Assembly (NCBI GenBank): GCA_050575255.1
Contig: JBNZDD010013721.1
Span: 3,681,907-3,745,906, forward strand
Source of the DNA: Harriotta raleighana
Lineage: Eukaryota
Direction: 5' to 3'
DNA length: 64,000 bases
The stretch's first letter is position 1. The number at the start of each line of letters is the position of its first letter. Below are positions 61,053-64,000 of the stretch, piece by piece. The position numbers and the translations under genes were made by a program. The notes beneath the pieces were generated by a model. It was not told the origin of the DNA and made no database searches. It was given only the letters and a program-made list of their open reading frames with translations.

Positions 61053-63580
61053 CACACCCACATATAGTAAAAGCGAGACTTCATACAAAAACTCCTCACC
61101 CAAAACGTTAAAGTATATATATTCCCAGTTGGAGACTAATACTGAGTGAGAAAATCTGAGATCGAAAGCGAGAGTCGAATCAGACAGCGGATTCCCCTTG
61201 CAAACAGCCGCCGAAATTCTGCACAAAGCGAGACTTGTCTCCAAAGTAAGGACAATTCTCCCTCTACAAAAAAAATCTGGTACACTGTGAATAGGCATGT
61301 TGTTTACAGTCAATCCTAGCCAAATTATTAAATTTCCGATATAATGAATTACAATAAAATATTTTACTAACATATTTATTTACAAACTGTCTTTAGATTT
61401 AATATTTCTATTCTATTAACCGTATGTGTTTTGCTGATGCCATGTTAGGAACTTTAGAAGTTACATGTTTATCTTGCCTTGCAACACAAGATAGAGATTT
61501 CGGTTCTGAGTAATAGCTTTGATGGACTAATAGTGAAACTAGCCACGCGTTAATAATGTATTGAGATGTTTTTAAAAGACTATCAGCTGAACAGAATATC
61601 TTGAATAATACATCAGCAAACAAACTTTTGTTTTGATGGGTACAACTTTTATTTTAACAAAGCATAACTTTCAGATAATGCAACTGAATTGTAGTTTACA
61701 ATACTGATTTCTCCTGTTAATATCCTGTGTGATCAAGTTCGAATGTTTGTAGGAAATGTAGAGAATGTATATTTGGAAATGTTTAATTGATTTACCCACA
61801 CAAATCATACAATAGGGATCCATTCACATTTGCTGTGACTAGTTCCATCTGATGTGTTTGCTTAAATAAATGACTCAACTCGTTACAAGACTCGCCATTA
61901 TAATTTTCAAATCAGGTAAATATCAAAAGAGACCCGAACCTTCCAACTGCCAACAGTTCGGATTGGAAAATAGCATTCAAAGCGAGTCGTTACTAAAAAT
62001 AACTTTATCTGAGTTTCTAATCTGCGGTCGCTACTGACCTTCCACGAAGCTCTAAGCAAAGTGTAATCAAATATATTCCATGTCATACTTCATCAAAATG
62101 ATTGCATTCATCCATCCACAGCCCTCTGAGGACTGCGGTCGATTCCACATGCGTTGAAGATGATTTTTTGTTCAGTTTAAAATCATATTGTTTAATTGTC
62201 TCAAATTTAAACAGAAACTGTGCTGTTTTTTTCTGCCCATAAAATAGCAAGGAACTTTGTGCACCGCAACATACATCCCCCTTCCCCTCACACACATGAT
62301 TTGTCTGTGTCTCTAGTTAAGGTGTGTGTGTGTGTGTATTATCAGGCCAGTGCAAAAACAGAAGGCTGACGTTTCCTTTTCGCTTGACGCCCTTCCCTGA
62401 AAACCTCCCCCCTCCCGTCAGAAAAGCCATCACCAAACTCCGAGAGGCATTGAAAACAGGGCAGACAGTAGTGATGTTATCATCCAAATGATCTAAATGA
62501 TATTAAAATAGCTCAGTGAGAGGCGATCGGATTGTTTACAGCTCTCGGTATAATTAAATTCACGTCTGACTGCAGGAGCCAGTTGTAACTAATAGATAAC
62601 AGCATCCCCACCGCATGTGCTAATATATGTTCATTTTCTCCCCCTTAAGACAATTGCACCTCAACAACTTTGTAATTAAGTCTCAATAGTTTAATCGAAT
62701 TATCCTTGGAGGGTAATTTTGTTAGCGCCAAGGAATTTATTTTGGAAAGATTTTTTGGGGGGTGTGAGAGGGTGGGGGAGTTACATTTTAGCTTGCTTTT
62801 TAAGTGATGCAAATTTTTCGATTTACTTCTAAACCGTTACTGCTTTTACTTATCTCGCATTTAAGACCGAATAAATTAAGTTAAGGAGTTTAAAGAGTTA
62901 GTGGTCTCTATCTTTCTGAAATTGATCTGTTTTCCCAGGATTGTATGCATGTGTACATGCACTGATCATTGCAACCACTGCAATCACAAAGAAAGTAAAA
63001 TATAAGCAAAATGTATACATTTCTTCCTCTATATTCACGTGTTACACTGACCAAGGAACACCCAGGCATCCTAAGATTATTAATACGATCCTAAAATGGA
63101 AAAAAGTTTATGGGGAGAAAATCTAGTGAAGATTGAATCTTTTGGGGGGGTGGGGGGGTTAAATTGCAAATGTATCGGGAGGTTAAATTCAGTGAAAAAT
63201 AACATGGGGAACTAAATTCACATTTCAATGACGATTTTTTACCGAGCTATTTGAGCTTTTTTCTTCTCCCCTTTTTCCAGAATGCAAGAACTCTGCATCT
63301 CCAATTTATATTAAACGCGAGGATTATGATGTATTATTTGAAGTAAAAGACCTAATAAAATATTATCAAACAATCAAAAGGATCCCCTTTGCTCGATGGG
63401 ATGTATCTTGATTCTTTTATTTTTTTAAATGACAGAATTCTCTGCTTATCTGCACTGAGCTATTAATAACGGGGTGTAAAATGTTCTATAAATTATTAAA
63501 TCGTAAGAAACACAAGTATTGCTGACACAGCTTCGAGCTGTCGGCATCGTCGTCGCCGCCTGAGCCAGGGCTGGTGAGGG

Positions 63581-63666
63581 AGAAACAACAGCACACAGTC
63601 AGGCTGACCCAAGGGCAAGAAAGTTGTTTTAACTTTATTTCAATTTATATCAACAGAAATTTACAA
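63581..63666 (-). terminator. Candidate cleavage/polyadenylation signal of a minus-strand transcript entering from the right edge
   Basis: On the - strand: TGTA (~63662-63665), AATAAA (63639-63634), then a GU-rich element tgtgtgctgttgtttc about 36-52 nt downstream. The upstream sequence is repeat-poor and looks like 3'UTR. Confidence 0.45.
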
Positions 63667-64000
63667 ATTCCTCTCAATGAAACACACACAACACACACAC
63701 ACACATCTAAACATGTAAAGAAACCTTATAAACGCATCGTTCAGCTACTCACACTCCTAAAGACTCGGGATTATATTTCTGAAATGAAGATTTCTGTTTG
63801 GCCTTTCAAACAGTCAGTCAGGCTTGGCTGTCAGGCTCTGCTGTTCCAGAAAGTACCCCGCATTAGATAGAATCACTTCCCCAGGCTGTTTTATATTTAT
63901 GAAGTACATTTTGACTTGGCCAAAACACCTATTGTCTCCTCCATTTGGACACTTGCTCGGGTAATGTGCTTAGCCCAGAGATGCCGAAAAAGAATGAGAG

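Noticed and set aside
60599-61373. Long Gly/Pro-rich ORFs
   Set aside because: Artefacts of poly-C plus the N gap.
2300-64000. Roughly 150 short ORFs (60-240 aa) outside the CR1/L2 elements as host genes
   Set aside because: No recognisable domains. Many are translations of SINE tails (IKCKDYYYY, NARIIIII), microsatellites, antisense LINE sequence or the N gap.
1-64000. CRISPR array, prokaryotic operon or endogenous virus
   Set aside because: No regularly spaced repeats, LTRs or viral ORFs. The recurring sequences are dispersed SINE/LINE copies in eukaryotic DNA.

Overview
Non-coding, AT-rich vertebrate genomic DNA. The repeat content suggests a cartilaginous fish, probably a holocephalan/chimaera (inference). 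No host protein-coding gene can be supported, and every ORF with a recognisable product belongs to a decayed non-LTR retrotransposon (CR1 or L2 ORF2). Main contents: (1) two closely related CR1 LINE copies in inverted orientation (47-2256 on -, 8919-12669 on +); (2) a three-level nest in which a Tigger/pogo-type MITE contains the second CR1, which itself contains a related MITE with a TA target duplication; (3) about 30 fragments of tRNA-headed SINEs that share a 3' stem-loop tail with many L2 fragments; (4) two Penelope-like remnants with degenerate minimal hammerhead-ribozyme cores, one at the tip of a ~65-bp-arm hairpin; (5) a CpG-retaining, increasingly repeat-poor zone from ~52.6 kb to the end, finishing in a well-formed minus-strand poly(A) signal, which suggests the 3' end of a gene lying beyond the right edge. 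A 225-nt N gap sits at 60797-61021. Family names come from recognised motifs and remembered consensus sequences, not from a database search. Boundaries of old repeats are approximate.
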